A stretch of 62,974 bases of DNA, filler included, from Choristocarpus tenellus KU-1152 (Eukaryota > Protista > Phaeophyceae), in the NCBI GenBank assembly GCA_964200185.2. It is 13 parts of 13 records of this genome, joined end to end, with 100 filler letters (N's around TTAATTAATTAA, not from the genome) between each part and the next. Parts side by side here need not be neighbours in the genome. Positions count along the whole stretch, not along the records: positions 25,601 to 31,500 come from CAXNAD020009468.1; positions 31,601 to 36,763 come from CAXNAD020011649.1; positions 36,864 to 39,403 come from CAXNAD020026935.1; 10 more parts are not named here. One strand, written 5' to 3'. Below are positions 25,755 through 38,054 of this stretch, piece by piece. Position 1 is the stretch's first letter. The number at the start of each line of letters is the position of its first letter. Below the pieces are notes generated by a model. That model did no database searches, was not told where the DNA came from, and was given only the letters and a program-made list of their open reading frames with translations. Position numbers and translations under genes: made by a program.

Positions 25755-26835
25755 GGCGTGTAACAATTGACAAGCGGAAAAAGAAGTGTCCTAGCTGTAA
25801 CGAGATGAACCCCATGTCTGTCAAGGTATGTCTTGTTGTGGTTCCCTTGCTTGGCTAAGATACGAAGGCTGCTGTTTTCTGCAGGTAGTACTGGTCATCA
25901 ATTCGCTACACATTGAGTTGTTTCTTGGATGGGTGCACTTCACACTTCACACTTCACACTTCACCTAGTGAAAGTATAACGGTCATACTCCTTGCTCCCC
26001 AATCGACCATCGAAGGCTATTTCTTGGAACTTCAACTTCAACTTCAAGTTTCCCACCGAAGAGTGATATTATTGTGCACATACACATACGATTAGTGTGT
26101 TTCCTTCCTCTCCCCAACCAACAATCGGCAGAATTTTCTTGGAAATTTATCTTGGTTTCTCCTAAGAATGTGCTTGTCGCGCAGCTGTATTCTGAGAAAA
26201 AAAAGGTAGTATCTGGTGTATATCTACCGTAGTGCTTGGTAGTAGAATGTTTACTCACATTTGTTTTTTTGGTCTTGACTGTCCTTGTTTTGCTCTCAAG
26301 TGTCGATCTTAAGGAACCGGTATGATTTCGAGTTGATAAACACTTGACGAAATGCTGATTAGACCTTAGCTTTGGCCCCTTAACCTGTTGTAAACTATTC
26401 CAACTCTACTAGTATATATATATATATAATATATACTCTAGTAGCACTACAGAGCAGAAGCAAAGATTACAGAGCAGTAATACTGACGAGAGGGACGACA
26501 ATGGTACCTGGGTCCTGTCTAGTACATGATCGTCGTAAATTTAACACATACTTGAAGTATACTCTTGCCCCTCACACTGAACTCTGTCATTGTGAAGGCG
26601 CTTGTGCTAGGCCTAGCCCTGGTCTTGATCCTCCTCTACTCTCCTGAAATGAGTTCATTGCCCGTGTGTGGTCTTGTTGAAGCTCTTAGGGTTTAGAGTT
26701 AGGGTGTTTAGGGTCTTTGTCGACTCTGACTCTGACAAGGTTTGGTTTTTGTATACATGATGTTTAAATTTAAATTACTTTTAAATTTAAATAACCATTG
26801 AGTTTTTGTAACTGTAGGTGTAAATTGAACGCAAT

Positions 26836-26870
<35 letters not shown>

Positions 26871-29800
26871 TTTTTTCTATTCTCAGTAATCCGACCATAA
26901 CCATTTAAAAAAAAAATGTACCCTGACGGCAGTAAGGTAGAACCATTCCTATTTATTTATTAAGTGGTGCAGTAGCGTATTGTAGCACATGATGTCTATG
27001 CATATTTTTCGATACGCTTTGGTGCGCATACCTACATTGATATTAATATTTCTATTTATCTGCTGTTTTGTTTCTTTTTTGTATACTTGTTCCGCACGCA
27101 TTGTTTTTGTTTTTGTTTTTGTTTTTGTTTTTGTTTTTGTTTTTGTTTGAAAATAAAAATATTTTCATGTACCAGATGTGCAGGGAGTGCGACGCGGTGT
27201 TTCCTGTGGGGGCCAAACTGGATTCTGCCGTTACCAGCGAGGAGCTAAGGGAAAAGTTCAGCTTTGAGCCAGAATACAATAAGGATGGAACACCTATGGT
27301 AACTAACAAACACCTTTGGTAACTAACAAACACCTTTGGTAACTAACACAACACCTATGGTAACTAACAAACACCTTTGGTAACTAACAAACACCTATGG
27401 TATCTAAGAGACACCTATGGTAACTAACAAACACCTATGGTATCTAAGAGACACCTATGGTAACTAACAAACACCTTTTGTAACTAACAAACCTGGGATA
27501 CGGTGGAGGGCTCTTCTTCTTTCTCCTTCTTTTGCTCTTTTTTTTAAAATCTGTCCTTGGCTCTGTTTCGTGTTTTCGGGAAGAACATCTGTGACTTGAA
27601 AAATAACCAGAACAGGTGTCCATTTAAGATTTAATTTGATTTTTTTTTCTGTTCAAAAAAAAAATAATCTCTAGCATGAACAGTTTGTTGCTTTCTGTAT
27701 GTTTTTATTGCTTCTGTCCGAAGAAGCGTCCTCATTCTCAGTTTTATTTTTATTTTTATTTTTATTTTGAAAAATTGTTCTTGCTAGATATGATAGTGAT
27801 GGACGTATAATGCGCTAATTCATTTTTTTTGCTGCTGTACCCTTTTTTTTGCTGTGTTTAAAAAAAACAGATTGAGAAAATTCTGGGCCGAAGAGAAATT
27901 GATGAGAGCAAACAGGGAAAGGGAAAGGTTCGTCTTCAATGCTTCACACCCCCCTCACACCTCAACGTGTGTTCGTATATATGTATGTATCGATACATAT
28001 ATATGTGGTTCTAGTGATTGCTACGGATAACCAACCAAACAACCTTTTCTCTGGGTTTAGGTTATGGTTAGGGTTAGGGTTAGGGTTAGGGTTAGGGTTA
28101 GGGTTAGAGTTAGGGTTAATGCATTTGAACGGAGTGCTGATGAAGCCGGTGTGAAGAGTAGTTGCATGCACATACACTTAAGGTAGGTAACATATATATA
28201 TATATATATATTTATTAGTTAAATTGATTGGGGCCGTCTTGCATGCAAGAGAAATCTCTACTTCATTTTTTTTTTTCATCTCAGTTTTGAATAGTTTAGA
28301 GGCTGATAAAAGTTATACCGGATCGGAAAAAGATTTTCTTGTCGATTTCTGGCTGGTGGCGAAGAACAGGTATACACCAAGGTTAGATTTCACTGACATC
28401 TTAGGGTACGATCAACTCATCAAGGGGTTTCGCTGGGTGATCCACGAGAACAGATAGAATACACAAAAAAAAATGGTGATATAATCTGGTGCATTTTTAG
28501 CCTGGGCTACAATCTGTTTGAAGTGGTTGTGAATGGAGGGAGTGTGCATTGTTTGTGGTACAAGATTGATATATTTTTTCAATATGTGTGTGTGTGTGTG
28601 CATGCGTGTGTATGCATTTTTATTTTTTTTGAAGGTCAAAAACAAAAATGACTGTTGTTGGAATTGGGGAAACGGTTAGTGTTCTGGATTGGTATGTTGT
28701 TGGTAGAGCGGAAGACGTGAGTGCCGTGCAAGAAAGAGGTTGATTTTGTTGTTGGTATGTATATTTTGCATATATCCCTTACACTTGAAGTGCGTTATAC
28801 ACTTGAACTTGAAGTACATTATGCCCTTTTTATTAGAGTAACTTTGTGCTAGAAGTATATTATACTCTTTGTACTAGAAGTATATTATACCCTTTTTACT
28901 AGAAGTAACTTTGTGCTAGAAGTATATTATACTCTATGTACTAGAAGTATATTATTATTATTATTATTATTATTATTTATACTAGAAGTATATTATACCC
29001 TTTTTACTAGAAGTAACTTTGTGCTAGAAGTATATTATACTCTATGTACTAGAAGTATATTATTATTATTATTATTATTATTTGTACTAGAAGTAGATAC
29101 CTTCATTGCTCATACTTTTGTACCTGCTGTGAATATGTGAAGGTGTCTGTGCTGAAGAAGCTTCATCGAGCCCCTCACTTTGGACATTCCTATGAGTTTC
29201 TGGTTAAGTTCAGGGGAGTCTCCTACGCCAAGGTGATGTTTGTGTTGAGATTTTAGTGGGTTGTGTGCATTGCATCATTCTCTACACCATGCAGATGTGT
29301 ATCTGTATGTATGTATGTATGTTTATACATGTATATCTTTGTAACTGTATTGTTGATAGTATGATTATGATGATTATTATTATTTTTTTATGTTTTGATT
29401 CTGTGAAGTACCAGGGTACTCTATTTTAGTTTTTTGTGAAAGAATAAATTAGAAAACAAGATAATATTTTGAGCTCTGTTATTGAATTTTTTTAATGTCT
29501 TTGAAATGGAAGAGCGTGGTGGGTTAGGGATTAGGGATTAGGGATTAGGGGAATTAATTTTGACGTTAATGTTAAAATAGTGGAGCAAGTACAAGTGGTT
29601 TGCACTGGTGTTGAAGGTAAGTTGATATATTTTTTTCTCTCTCCTCCAATATTTTTTGAATATTTTATATTTTCTTTTTTGGACATATTCAAGAAGAGAG
29701 AAAAAGATGGTGTAGTTAACAAGATGTATCGTTGCACCTGCACGTACTCCCTGTTGACCAAGAAAATTTCATTATTTTTTTTGTTATGATTTTTTTTTTT

Positions 29801-30202
29801 TTAATGCCGTGGGATGCACCAGAGGGTTGAGGACTCAAGTGTGTGAAGAATTGTACCTATTTATAAGAGTACTTAAAAATAAGAATATGAATAGTGCTGA
29901 TACATGTATCGATGAATTATCATTACAGTTAAAAAAAAAAATCAGCTGCAGAAAGAAAGAAGATCACGGACGTTTCGGAAACCAATTGGATCCAATTAAA
30001 AAAAAAACGTTTTTTTTCTTTTATTCTATATTATTATTATTTTTAGGTGGAGTGGATGACGGAGGGAGAAATTCGTTCGTTGGGTATGGTGGCATCACGG
30101 ATGCTGACTAATTTCCTCAAGAACAAGGAGAGGGAAGAGAGGGAGGGCAATGAGAAGCTTGATGAGGATGAGGAAGACTTCGTTGATCCTGCCTACCTCG
30201 TG
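25755..30202 (+). CDS. CHD-type (tandem chromodomain) protein, internal part with an upstream C2C2 zinc ribbon (exons 25755-25825, 27176-27298, 27871-27927, 29143-29232, 30047-30202)
   Basis: In-phase GT-AG exons: KKKCPSCNEMNPMSVK-MCRECDAVF...GTPM-IEKILGRR...-YEFLVKFRGVSYAK-VEWMTEGEI...MLTNFLKN...FVDPAYLV. This reads as chromodomain 1 plus the start of chromodomain 2. No ATPase domain is in the contig. Confidence 0.82.
27290..27490. repeat. 20-bp minisatellite, 10 units, containing the exon donor site
   Basis: Unit ACACCT(A/T)TGGTAACTAACAA; variant ending TATCTAAGAG in units 6 and 8. Confidence 0.95.
28068..28115 (+). repeat. Interstitial telomere-like (TTAGGG)n
   Basis: (TTAGGG)6 TTAGAG TTAGGG inside an intron. 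Confidence 0.9.
28830..29095. repeat. Compound AT-rich minisatellite (TAGAAGTATATTAT units with (ATT)n)
   Basis: Higher-order duplication of ctagaagtatattatac / ctagaagtaactttgtg blocks. Confidence 0.85.
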
Positions 30203-30890
30203 GTATGTTGGGTGTGACTTTGTGTATCTAGGGGGGGGGGGTGGGGGGGGGTGGGGGGGTATGATTATGTTTTCTCTTTTCTTGTGTGTGTATTTTCTTT
30301 TCTTTTTACTCTAATTGTTTTTTTGTGTATTTGGGTGTGATTTCCTTTTTTTTTTAGTGCAGGTTTCCGCCTATCACACACACGCCTCCATATCTTTATC
30401 TGTACCTTTAGTTGAGTACTGTTGGCGGTAGAGAGTACATGGTTGACAGTAAGAAGAGGACCATTAAAAAAGATTTGATAGATATATGTATTTATTTTTC
30501 TTTTGTGTGTTTGTGTGTGTGTGTGTGTGTTGTTTTAGACATTTGGGTAAACTAGCGACCTCGAAATGACAGCAATGGACCTGCTGGGTATTTATTTATT
30601 TTTTCCTGTAGGTGTACCTATTTGAAACACGTTTGACATGTTTTTTGTTGTAGGGTTAGGGTTATGTGCGTAAAGGGTTGATCTTGAAAGTTAACAGCAG
30701 GGAGTTATACATTTGTAAGAGAGTGACTGAGGAATCACAGGCAGGGGTTCTGAGAATGAAATGGAAAGAATGGCACTAATGGGGGTCATCCGCTCCCTTG
30801 AAAATTCTCGACAAAGAACTGAACTACATGCAGGTGGTAGGTAGGGTTAGGGTTGGGAGGGGATATTTTTTTTTGGGACCATTTATCACC

Positions 30891-30920
30891 TTAGGGTTAG
30901 GGTTAGGGTTAGGGTTAGGG
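30891..30920 (+). repeat. Interstitial (TTAGGG)5
   Basis: Five perfect units. Confidence 0.9.
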
Positions 30921-31045
30921 TTTTGGTCAGTGCGAAATTTGACTAGAGGTGGACTTGTAATTAGGAGGGATCGGATGATAAGTTTCAAATATGTGATGCT
31001 CCATGTGTAGTGATAGGGGTAGTAGGTAGTATATGTATCTTTGTA

Positions 31046-31297
31046 GAATAAAATCACATGATTACAATAAAATTATACGATTTTGGAATAAAATCACACG
31101 ATTGGAAAATAAATCATACGATTTTGGAATAAAATCACATGATTGGAATAAAATCATACGATTTGAATAAAATCATACGATTTGAATAAAATCACATGAT
31201 TGGAATAAAATCATACAATTGGAATAAAATCACATGATTGGAATAAAATCACATGATTGGAATAAAATCACATGATTGGAATAAAATTGCACGATTA
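31046..31297. repeat. 18-20-bp minisatellite (GGAATAAAATCA(C/T)A(T/C)GATT), about 13 units
   Basis: Direct tandem units without spacers. Confidence 0.92.
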
Positions 31298-31772
31298 GGC
31301 TTACAAGGACAAAATTTGTCATAATGAGGGTACTATATGCATTAAGTGACGTAGAGCTATTGTTGTCCAGGCTTGCGTATGTCCTGACCTCTTTCACACT
31401 CTTCAGTAAGACCTATGGACCATGAAGTCCTAATTCTCCCCCTCCCCCCATCTTACCCTGAACTTTGCATCCTATTAACAATTTTCTAATACCCCCCCCC
31501 NNNNNNNNNNNNNNNNNNNNNNNNNNNNNNNNNNNNNNNNNNNNTTAATTAATTAANNNNNNNNNNNNNNNNNNNNNNNNNNNNNNNNNNNNNNNNNNNN
31601 CCCCCACATACTTTGAGCCACCTTCTCATCAAACCCCTGTGTAGTAGTACAACTTGAGCAATATAGGCTAGGTAGTCTATAGGGTCTTATGTGTTTAGTG
31701 ACCAGTACTATACAACAGAAGTATTGACTGAGTGAAGTAAGGGTCAAGGACTTTCTTTTGCATGCAACTTAC

Positions 31773-34300
31773 TTCCTCTTCCTTCTTGAACCCCTGGTCT
31801 ACAAGCTCGTCGTTCTTTGCGCCAATCTTCTTCAAGGCTGCCTCATAAATTCCTGCTTGCCCAGAACGACGCTCTCTCTCAAGTCCCAATTCCCGTTCTG
31901 CCACCTCACAATGTTGAGTTGCTGTAGTTGCAGCCTGCTCAAACATCGCACAAATGTAGAGGAGTATGCACCTTGTCCATTACTACTTGGAGATTGTTAG
32001 AATATAGCCTGTCTTGTGTGGGTGCATGGTCTTGCAGCTAAATATTGCACTCCAGCTCTTGCTTGTTGATCACCCATGCTTACCCAGCGTGGGGCTCTAT
32101 TCCTTACGACGTTGGGCTTTTGCGATTGTCAACATACATGTGCCCAGATACCAGACCACTCAACCGTTTATTCAAAGATACATAAGAAACCAGAAGGGTA
32201 GGATCAACGGAAATGGTTCAATTCATGTATTTCAGTAGGTGTATGAGATGAAATGAATAGTCTATAACTTCTTGCCTTTCCTATTCACACAGATACAATC
32301 CGTCTGAGAGTTGGAGGGTGCTGGAGAACTCTTGGTCTACAACTTGATGCCTACAAAAAGAGGCAAACAGTTCATTGGTGTAGATCATAGATCAATCGAG
32401 ATGTGATTTTTTGGGTTAACTTCAACTTATCAAATGAGCACTCTAGAGTTCAGCTGGGTGGAAAAGGTTTCATGTCATTTGTCTTGTCCTTGATTCTTCT
32501 GGGCTTTATCGTTTTCTACACGGTATAATTCTCTACATCATTACAACACCAATAATGTATTGCTTGAATAGTCATATATATATACGGTTTTCTCATATTT
32601 GTGACTGTGTGCAGTATATGTTATCACAACAACTCGTCGAGTGTTCAATTGTCTACAATCATTGACTAAGATATATTGTGACCATGAGATAGTGCATAGT
32701 ATGTTTATCACACACACAACTTGTTGAGCTAAACCTGTTCAAAGATTACGAATATTTAAAGCATCTGCACGTATTGTCCACACCAGTAACTACTACGAAA
32801 TTACATGGTGCTTTGATCTATGAAAGTAGAATAGATCATACTGGTCTAGCCAAAGTATACATTTTGCGAAGAAGAATGAGCAATGGCAAGTTCTAAAATG
32901 AATGGCTTGCCATCAGGATTCATGTGAACAACCACTTGGTCAGCATCTAGCTGTATATTAGTTGGATCTTTCAACGAAGACTAATCTTCCCAGAAGAATC
33001 TTAAATAACAGAAGAAGTTGATGGACTCCTGCTCCATCTCTGAACCCTTACGAAACTACTGTAGAGCATTTTCCGCATTTCTGTGTCAGACCAAATGTTC
33101 GCTGATGAAGAGTTGGAGCTGCAACTCATTTCTCAACTCTACCATAGAAAGGTACACAGGTCACTATCTAACTAAAAACCGAGGGGCAATATTATTTGTA
33201 CTGCTAGGGGGACAATAGTCAGATGACTATTGCTTGACGACTTAAGAGAGAGGAGAAAAGGGATACGAATTTTGTTCAGGAGGTACAGGTGGCAGATTTT
33301 TCGACTTCAGGTATTGAACTTTCTTCAAGAGCACTTAGAATGTAGGTACCTAAAACCTCCTGTGAACAAACCTTTGTCTTTTTCTTGAGCTCCTTCTCTA
33401 GCTGTGAGACCATGCTTTCCATCATGCTATTTCCTGAGAAGACAGCGTTATTGTAATGTGAGATGGACCAAAACGATGCGGGGAAAAACTGCACATTTAT
33501 ATCCTTATTTCTGAATTTGTCAGCATTCCACCCTTCTCTTTGATACTATCTCTTTAAGCTCCTCTTTAATCTACGCTACAGCCCACACGTGTTAGGGACA
33601 AGTCGTCCAATCGATGGCGATTTTCAAGGCTTGCTGAGTGGAGGCCCTATAGGGATGGCGAGGTGGATGTACCCCACAGGAAACAAAATACCTGGCATAA
33701 ATCCTACATTTCCAGTAGAAAACCTCTAGAGATCAACAGGTTTGCAAGTAGTGTTCTACTGCACCTTACAAGTACTGTGCAACCTCCTTTATCTATTAAT
33801 GGACAGTGGGTGTTGTGAATCCATTGCATACTTCTCACTTGCTTCTTTACTCTCAGCATCCTTTACATGTTGGATGGCGGCTTGTTCCAGCTTGCGAAGC
33901 CGAGTGAGCTCGGCAATGTTACTCTGCAGGGTTGATTCTAACTTTGTCACACGTTTTTCTCGCTGATGCAGTTCTGACCGTAATGAAGCCACCTGCGTCA
34001 GGATTTTGGACATGTGGTGAGGTGCGCAGACTGGTCGAGTGGACGATTTTGAGCGTGCATTGAGCACCTCCTCGAGATTGCCTTATGATGTCGAAAGTCA
34101 ACAACAGGCATTTGTGGGCACCTAAAAAGTTTGGAGGCTTCTTTTACCTGTTGGTCTCGCGCCAGGATCAAACGCTTAGCGTGCGAAATTGCTCGCCCTT
34201 TCTCTTTCATCAGGGTTGCCCGAATACCCTCAATATGAAGGTCATCGTAACAACCAACTGTTCCAACCCCATTGTTCGCTCTTTTCTCCATTATCTCCAT
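31773..34300 (-). CDS. Uncharacterised coiled-coil protein, 5' part (exons 34148-34300, 33839-33992, 33372-33433, 31773-31934)
   Basis: Phase-compatible GT-AG exons encoding E/K/R/Q-rich helical sequence (LRSELHQREKRVTKLESTLQSNIAELTRLRKLEQ; SQLEKELKKK; AERELGLERERR). Confidence 0.65.
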
Positions 34301-34610
34301 CAGGTGGGTACGAAGAGCTTAAGCCCCGTGAACAACGTTTACGTGGTACTTACGGCTAAATATTGCCTTTTTCTCGATTTATTGAATGTTCCATGATCTC
34401 TTGACTTGACAAAAAAAATATCGGTTTCAAAGAGGGTTTCGTATAGAGGAGGTAAAAAAAGTTACATCCCCTTAGTCAACTTCCAACAACAGTATCTTTC
34501 GATATATGGGCTCCCCCATGTTTACCTTGAAATTGTTTCAAGGCAGGCCAGGGACTTGCATGGCGTGCCTAACTTTTGACGGGCAGGTCGACCTTTTTAT
34601 ATCGCCACGA

Positions 34611-34873
34611 GAGCCAAAGTATCTTAGAGGGTAGAGCCGTGTCCACTTGGGGGCCAAAATCCAATGTTGCGATTTTGATGTAAATTTGGCTATAGTGTTT
34701 ATTAGGAAGTGTCAATTTCATGTTCCGGACACATCTTTTCGTAGTGTATACGTTTTACCTACTCCTAAACATTTTGGAGTAGGAAAATATCATAAAAAAA
34801 CCCCATGGGAAGTCAAGCCCCAAATTGACAAATAAATAGGGTAAAACTCGTACCCTCAACGATACTTTCACTC
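34611..34873. mobile_element. MITE family A copy, ~310 bp upstream of the coiled-coil gene ATG
   Basis: GAGCCAAAGTATCTTAGAGGGTA...GATACTTTCACTC with perfect 4-bp TSD ACGA. Confidence 0.92.
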
Positions 34874-35869
34874 ACGAACCTGGAGATGTATCGTGCGGAC
34901 AGTGGAGGAGCATTGGTGGATGTATGCCTATGGGGGGATGGGGGTCAAGGGGTAGAGGAGGTCATAGGTTGATCTTTAGAGCTCCTGTGAGGTCGGTGAA
35001 CATTATCAACACCAGGACATAAGGCAAACTTTCCTACTACCGAAAAGAGGGAAGTGGTAAAGTGATAAACAAGAAATGGACCAATCAAAACACTCAGGGA
35101 AGAAATGGCTACCCTGACACAGAAACATCGACTTCACAACCAGCAGAAGTTGATATTTTATCCTCACACAATAACTGTCAAAAGCACCTTGCTGCTCTCT
35201 CACGAACACTTAAAATGCAGGGAATTCAGTCTGAGACAGAAGAACCGTAGATAGACTAAGACGCGCCAAAGATTATTCCATGAAAACAATTTAGCCCCTC
35301 AATATCACAAGGTTTCTGTAAGATACATGAGAGACATAATTTACCTTCACCTGGACAAGTGGACTGCCGACGGAGGTGACTTTTCATCATGTTGACTTCG
35401 AGTCTTGGACTTAGATCGTTAGTTGATTGTTCTTCTAAGGTCTGGTGTTGATTGATAGTGGAAGTGTTGCTTTCGGTATGGTCACAACTGAATGTGTGTC
35501 GTGTTGTGTCCTATAAATTACAGGAGGAGCTATTATGATCATGTCTTGTATCTGTTATATAGTAGTATAATATCCAACTGTTACTTTTTTAGGGATCTTT
35601 CTGACATGTGAATATAGTTTTCATTGGTTTTTCCCCTGACACATCTAAAAATATATGAAATAGGATTCGGGTCTGGTGGACGGTACGGTACGCCTAAGAA
35701 CGTATACCTAGACAGGATACGTACCATTGGGGGTAAGCGAATAGGGCTATATTGGTCCTTTGACGTCCAAGTTCTTACTGGATGGAAAATAATGTTTTTT
35801 TCGTGTATGATCAGATCGAGGCACCTACAAAAAAAATAAATGATTTTGTGCCTAATAAGCCCCCTCTCA

Positions 35870-36620
35870 AATTAGAAATGACGGCCAAGACAAACTTATG
35901 GCAAATCTCAACCAGCCTATGGCGTGGCTTACATTAGCAATAAGGCACAGCTTACGTTTTGCCTAATAATGAGTTGCCCATGGTGTCACACTGTCTCCAT
36001 CGTGGATAAAAACTGTATTTGTTTGAACCATGCTATTCTTCGCCCTTCTAATCTGGGTGCCGAAACCGAAACCGTGTAGATCCAGGTACTGGATCACACG
36101 TTCAGGGAACCAACAATGACTATGCCGACATTACTGCTGAGATCACGAAATTCCTCCCACATTACATAAATATCCATAGACCGGAACACACCAATCATGT
36201 CCTATCCTACAAAGATGCTCTTGAGGCTGCTCTTGAGACTGGGTGTGAGTGTATCAAGGCAATGAGACGAAAGTGGAGATTCCTATTTGCTGGGTCAGTT
36301 GCTCGCATGGGGATCAACGGCTTCCTAAGGCATTGACAGTTGGGGAGCTTGTAAATGGAAAATGGAAGCAAGGTGTACAAGAGAAGAACTGGTGGACAAG
36401 TCTCCAAGACGACGTTGACATATTTTGGAATTGGAGTAGAGGGTTGGAGCACTAGGATCCGAAACCAACATGAGTGGTGTGAGAGTGTGGCTACAGGCAC
36501 AGCGATGTTCATGGCCGGGTGGCATTCCAATAAAGCAGTGATACCTAATGTATGTCACACCAAAGTAGCAACTATGGTCGCCCAAGTCACCAGGACCACC
36601 AACATCACTGTCGGATAGGA
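35870..36620 (+). mobile_element. RTE-like LINE, degenerate 3' fragment
   Basis: NHVLSYKDAL...TGCECI..RKWRFLFAGSVARMG / RLPKALTVGELVNG...EKNWWTSLQDD, the post-RT region typical of RTE-clade elements. Confidence 0.75.
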
Positions 36621-37942
36621 AAATCTGTTTTCTTTGTGACGCGGTTATCTTCCAGCCTCTGTCCATTTTTACATTTTTTGAGGGGGGTATGAAGAAGTTT
36701 TTGTTTCTAGGGTTCTATTCTTACTTTTTCTATTTTTAGGTAATAATAATTTTGAATTTACACNNNNNNNNNNNNNNNNNNNNNNNNNNNNNNNNNNNNN
36801 NNNNNNNTTAATTAATTAANNNNNNNNNNNNNNNNNNNNNNNNNNNNNNNNNNNNNNNNNNNNGTTCACGGGGATGTGAGGCTAGAGCTAATTCCTGACG
36901 CTGCCCAGACAACTCAGTGGGCAGTGACACATGTTTACTCTACACTGGTTGGTTGATGGTGGTACCCAGCCGCTAGTTGTTGAAAGATTTCTGTGCGGCA
37001 TGTGAATGGTCAAGGCTTGTGAGAGGCAGGGGTGGAGTTAGGGGCGGTAACAAAAGAAGAGTCCAGAGAATAAAATAAATATATATATTAGAATATATAT
37101 GCAAACAGACAACTAGAAGAGAGAGCCACAAGAAGGGAAAGGCACAGGCCATCACAAGCAGACTGTATAGCAGAGTTTAGAAAGTGAAACCTTGTTTGTA
37201 GGGGGGTAGAGGGGTGGGTGTGTGGGAGTGAGGATGGTGTGTACTGGGTATGAATCCATTAAGTTTCATGGTAGGGTATCCTTACCATCCATATATTGGG
37301 TCCCTTCTGCTGTTACATATCGGAGCGATATCATTATTATTATCACTATTGCAGTGTGGTGTAGTAAGTATACTGTTGCTGTAAGTTGAAAAATAAACAA
37401 AAAGTTAAAAAAAAATATTACAATATGTTTCTCTCCCCAATTGGTTAGTCACCAGGGATAAGTTGGAGAGCAAAATATTCATCTTTTTTTCTTCCAGAGG
37501 ATACCCGCGGGACCAAAACGATACTTACATGGTCTGGTCTGGTCTGGTCTAGCCTGGCCCGGGCCAAGGGCTCACAAACGGGTAACAAGTGTTGTGTACT
37601 TTTTTTCTTCTCATCCCACGTACTAAAAAAACAAAAATAAAACGTGATGAGAGTGCAGTGATTACAAAACGACGGATCGGAGGAAGTCTGTGCAAACGCC
37701 TTACTATTTTTTTAAACGTGCACACACGCGCACAACAAGAAGGATTCGAAGAGCAGTACCACTAGTGCGTCAATCAACTCACTGATCATTAAAAAAAAAA
37801 AAAAAATTGGACTGTTGACTGAACGTTAACAACTTAAAAAGTGAATATAGAGTCAGTCTGCATTGAAAAAAATGTTCCTTTGCATAAGAAAAAATATACA
37901 TGTATTAGAAAAAAGAATATTTTGATTCATTGGAGATTGTAC

Positions 37943-38054
37943 CTGGTACACGCACTCCCTGGTGACAAGGGGTCTGGCAGCATCATGAATGCACACCACT
38001 GATGTCCCCGCAGCAACCTCTAGGAGGGGATTGTACACAGAGTCCTGCCTTTCT
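37943..38054 (-). CDS. ispD: 2-C-methyl-D-erythritol 4-phosphate cytidylyltransferase, single internal exon
   Basis: cag|A-ERQDSVYNPLLEVAAGTSVVCIHDAARPLVTRECVYQ|gt carries the ERQxSV and VxIHDxARP IspD signatures. Confidence 0.9.

Noticed and set aside
27290-27490. CRISPR-like look of the 20-bp array
   Set aside because: Units are contiguous with no unique spacers, there are no cas genes, and it lies at a eukaryotic exon/intron boundary
31046-31297. Semi-palindromic 19-bp repeat as a CRISPR or iteron array
   Set aside because: No spacers; an ordinary minisatellite
32880-33145. Extra exon of the coiled-coil gene
   Set aside because: In-frame stops and an incompatible phase; the flanking exons join without it
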